From: a virus
Taxonomy: Duplodnaviria > Caudoviricetes
Strand: one strand, 5' to 3'
Virus record (IMG/VR): IMGVR_UViG_2825252539_000001
Span: 1 to 64,000 of that record
Length of the DNA stretch: 64,000 nucleotides
Position numbers and translations under genes: made by a program. The notes under the pieces were generated by a model. That model was not told the DNA's origin. It worked only from the letters and a program-made list of their open reading frames with translations, and made no database searches. Positions within the stretch are counted from its first letter, which is position 1; each line of letters begins with the position of its first letter. Below are positions 60,557 to 64,000 of the stretch, piece by piece.

Positions 60557-63500
60557 TTGACGCACCAACCTGGCTGCAACTGCGGACTTCCGCCTGACGC
60601 AGTTGTCACTGCTGTTCTGACGGTCGTCGAGTATATCGATGCCAACGGTCAACTCTGGAAAGCCGACTTCTCGGAGGACGGCTCAGGCGAAGAACTGGAG
60701 TTTGGCAAGACTGTCGAACTGTGCGAGTGGGTCAAGATGGTCCACCAGCTGCCCGTCCTCGTCGACATGATTCACGATTACGTGTACGGCGACGAAGGCG
60801 AAGAGGACGACGAAGGCGACTACGCCACCGTATGACCTTCGCGTGTAACTGCCAGTATGGATCTCAAGACGCGCGATGTTGTATCAATCGCGCCCGACGA
60901 CAAGAGCTAGAAGAGGCCCACCGCCTGGGACGCGAAGGCAAGCCTCTGCCCGAGGATGATACGCCAGTAGGCGACATCTCGTGGCTAGCCGCTATCGCCA
61001 ACGGAATCAACGGCGCCACAACAAAATAAAGCACCTAGGGGAACAGAGTGCGCTTTCGCGACCTTCAAATCACCATCCTCAAGGGGATGCATCCCGATCC
61101 GCATCACGCGCTTCGGAAGATGATTCCCGACGAGCCGACAAAGCTTATCGGTACCGCCAGGCTTCTCAGTCCGTTCCCGAACGGCTCCAATATAGGGCTG
61201 CCAAAGCCGCGTCCCGGGCTCGATCAGGACGACGTGATGCACGTGAAGCCCAACCGGGCTGCCCTGCGATCCCGCGGGGTTCCACGGCGACGCCTCAAAG
61301 GCGTAGCGCTACCGACCGATCAACAGCCATGGAAGGCGTCATGATTCAGACACACGAATCGCATGACTGCTCACTCTGCCCGGACCGTGACTGCTGCAAC
61401 GGCAAGGACATGATGCGCGGCCGACCAGCCGCGGGTCTCGTCGTATTCGAATGCCAGCACTGCGACCGGCGCTAGCCGGTGTGTGATAGAGACCATGAGC
61501 CGTTCGACACCTGGGGCGGCATTCCGGTCTTTTATCTGTGATGACGTACCCGCCCACTTGACGGGCGTCTTCGTGCCAAGCGATTTGGCTACTCCAACAA
61601 CTCAACAGGGGAACAGTTGATCACCGAGAAAGTGCGCCACGTTAGCAAGCCGTCCGAGCCCTGGGGGAAGTCCTCGGACTACGGCCGGATCACCCGCACC
61701 GCTGAGGACGGCCCGCTCCGCGTGACGCCGGCCGCTCGTGGAATTCCGGCACAAGCCCACGTCCTATGGAACGCCGACAGCGACAACCCCTACTACACGT
61801 GGGAGCGTCTTGCCGATCTGAAAGAGGTTGGCCGGCGGTAATGCCGAGCAAGAAAGAACTTCTGATCGAGCTGGACGACTTGCGTTCAGAGATCGAAGGA
61901 CTGAAGGCGCGGTTGGCGAGTATTGAAGCGCGGCCGGTCGCAATGCCTGTCGCCCCGATCATGCCGCCACCATGGCCCCAGCCGCCGAACTGGCCTCCGC
62001 AGGTCTGGTGCGGATCGGCGTCAAGGGTTTCGTACGACGAACTCATCAGGATGGCCGTGAACGACGAATCAACTGGGTAAGCGCTGTCATCTACGCGCCT
62101 TCCTTGTGAGAGTGCGACGAAGTACAGAGTCAAATGACAGACCTATTGCGGTAGGCCTGGAAGTGAGCCACAGGATAACTCGCCGGACGACGAGGCCTGT
62201 GGAACGCGAGCAACAGTCATCGTCACGCCTCTCGCGGACGCGCAACTCGACGATGCAATGGGTGGCGCATAGTCGCTCATCGGTCCCACCCACCGACCGG
62301 ACGGGTGCGCCTCTGATTGGTGTGGCGTTAAAGCACTCGGCATGTAGCGGTCTGTCGTCAACCCGACCGCCAAAACTTCTGAAAGGGAATCAGATTGGCC
62401 AGCCTGTGCTTCGTCTGTGATACAGCAATCGCCGGAGAGCCGGCGGTCAACATCAGCGGCCTCACGGTCCACGACAGGTGCGTTCCGGAACACCCGGGCA
62501 ACGTCCCGACGTGCCAGAATCCCGGCTGCCACTGGCGCTGGACGATTCACTCTGGAGCGTGCGTCGACTGATGACTGCGTTCTCCAACGGCTTCGAGTAT
62601 GACTCTTGGTCGGCGAACTGGTGCAGCAAGTGTGCGAAGGACAGTCTAGGCCTCGCGCCGGAAGGCGTGTATTGCCCGATCATTTCGCGTGTCCTGCTTG
62701 ACAACGAAGTGCCGCCCGAGTGGTCATCGGGATCTGACGATCTTAGAGACCGCTACCACTGTTCGGAGTTCACCGCATGACCGCTGCTTCAGCAGTCTTC
62801 ATTCTCGCGGGTGTAGTGCTCGCTCTCTTTCTTCTACAAGCCGTAACAATCGACTCAATTAAGGATGCAATCATGACCGCAGTTCAGGACACTGTCGACG
62901 CCCTCACCGCTCAGCTCGGCAAGGCCAAGGACGAAATCATCGCCAAGGTAGCTGATCTCGAAGCTCAGGTCGCCGCGGGCGAGGCTCCGGATCTGACCGC
63001 TCTGAAGGCTGCCGTTCAGGCGCTCGACGACGTCGTTCCCGATCCCGTTGTCGATGAGCCGGCCGAAGAGCCCGCAGCGGAGTAGCCGTACGCGAGTGGC
63101 ATGCCCCTGACGGGATGACTCGAAAGGGGCTGCCATGGCTCGCATGATGGGCGCCAACTTCAAGCGGGTCGGCCGGTGCCATCCATGGTGTGGCAATCGG
63201 GAGTACCTGGTCGGCCGCGCTTCGGAGAATGCCGAATGGCTCCGCGAAGACTGGGATCTCAACTGGACCGACGCTGAGTGGAACTACCTCAGGGATCGTG
63301 CCGACGCAAACTACACGGCTTACGAGTGGTGGGAGTCATTGTGCGCCAATGGATCGCCGCCTGCCTCCGAGAGATAGCCGAGCGAATCCATAACGACGAC
63401 CATTCCGAGTCTGTCGAAATCATCGATGAGTACGGCGTCTGCCGATGCTTCGTTGAACTCAAGGCCGATCACGCCCACGGCGTGAACGCGACCTTTTCCG

Positions 63501-63583
63501 AATTACCTACCGGATGGCACTTCGCGGTAGAGGGGAACCAAAATGCAATCCGTCGACCCGACCCGGATCGATATCGCCACTGA
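60557..63583 (+). CDS. Run of small hypothetical ORFs separated by structured gaps
   Basis: e.g. 60557-60835, 61048-61344, 61617-61841, 62395-62571, 62571-62780, 62777-63085, 63135-63377. Confidence 0.5.
62084..62370 (+). ncRNA. Structured intergenic RNA candidate
   Basis: Serial helices CTGTCAT/ATGACAG, CCACAGG/CCTGTGG, CATCGTC/GACGATG, GGCGCA/TGCGCC, GCGGTC/GACCGC. Confidence 0.45.
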
Positions 63584-64000
63584 CCCGACCGCACAACGGA
63601 TGTCGGGAGTGGCCCGTCATGGCATGACGCCGTTCGACGTTCCATTCATCAGCGAGATCGCTGACAATCTTTGGCAGGGCGGCTGTGAGAACGGTCTGGT
63701 ACTGCCGACGTTCATCAAGCATGTCATCTCCCTGTACCCGTGGGAGAAGTACACGATCAACCACGACGCGACCTACGAAGAGCACGAGTGGTACGACTCT
63801 GACGATGAGTCGGCCGACAACCTCGATGAGATCGCGAATCGGGTCAACGAACATCGAGCTGACGCGCCGACGCTCGTCCACTGTCAGGCCGGATTAAACC
63901 GGTCCAGCTTGGTCGTAGCGCGAGCGCTGTTCCTCTACGGAGACTTTGAGACCGGCGCCGAGGTTCTGACCCACTTGAGGGCAACCAGGTCGCCGGCCGT
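63543..64000 (+). CDS. Dual-specificity/tyrosine phosphatase, truncated by the window end
   Basis: Own translation from ATG 63543 gives ...LWQGG...TLVHCQAGLNRSSLVVARAL (CX5R). Confidence 0.9.
   Translation, partial: MQSVDPTRIDIATDPTAQRMSGVARHGMTPFDVPFISEIADNLWQGGCENGLVLPTFIKHVISLYPWEKYTINHDATYEEHEWYDSDDESADNLDEIANRVNEHRADAPTLVHCQAGLNRSSLVVARALFLYGDFETGAEVLTHLRATRSPA

Overview
64 kb of a temperate actinobacteriophage genome, most likely a mycobacteriophage. It starts in a tail gene and runs through an attP core (3' end of a tRNA-Val), a tyrosine integrase, a leftward repressor/lysogeny cassette and a divergent Cro. After that comes a long rightward arm of many small ORFs with replication, nucleotide-metabolism, NAD-salvage (PnuC, NadR-like, PRPP-synthetase-like, NAMPT-like) and RNA-repair/tRNA-maintenance genes (PNK, RNA ligase, Thg1-like, Pth2, SPOUT methylase). 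The standout feature is at 12076-12765: a tandem array of eight structured RNA units (two related blocks of four). All share a covarying bulged terminal helix, GGC-AUA-G-NNN-GU...AC-N'N'N'-C-C-GCC. Two units carry a circularly permuted tRNA module (YrlA/Y-RNA architecture) and most display an anticodon-loop-like heptamer. The array lies directly upstream of a 618-aa protein with a TerD-like C-terminus rather than a recognisable Ro60. Several other intergenic gaps hold large structured RNAs and tRNA-shaped elements without a normal anticodon loop, and I found no canonical tRNA gene. All family assignments are from motif recognition by eye, not database searches.
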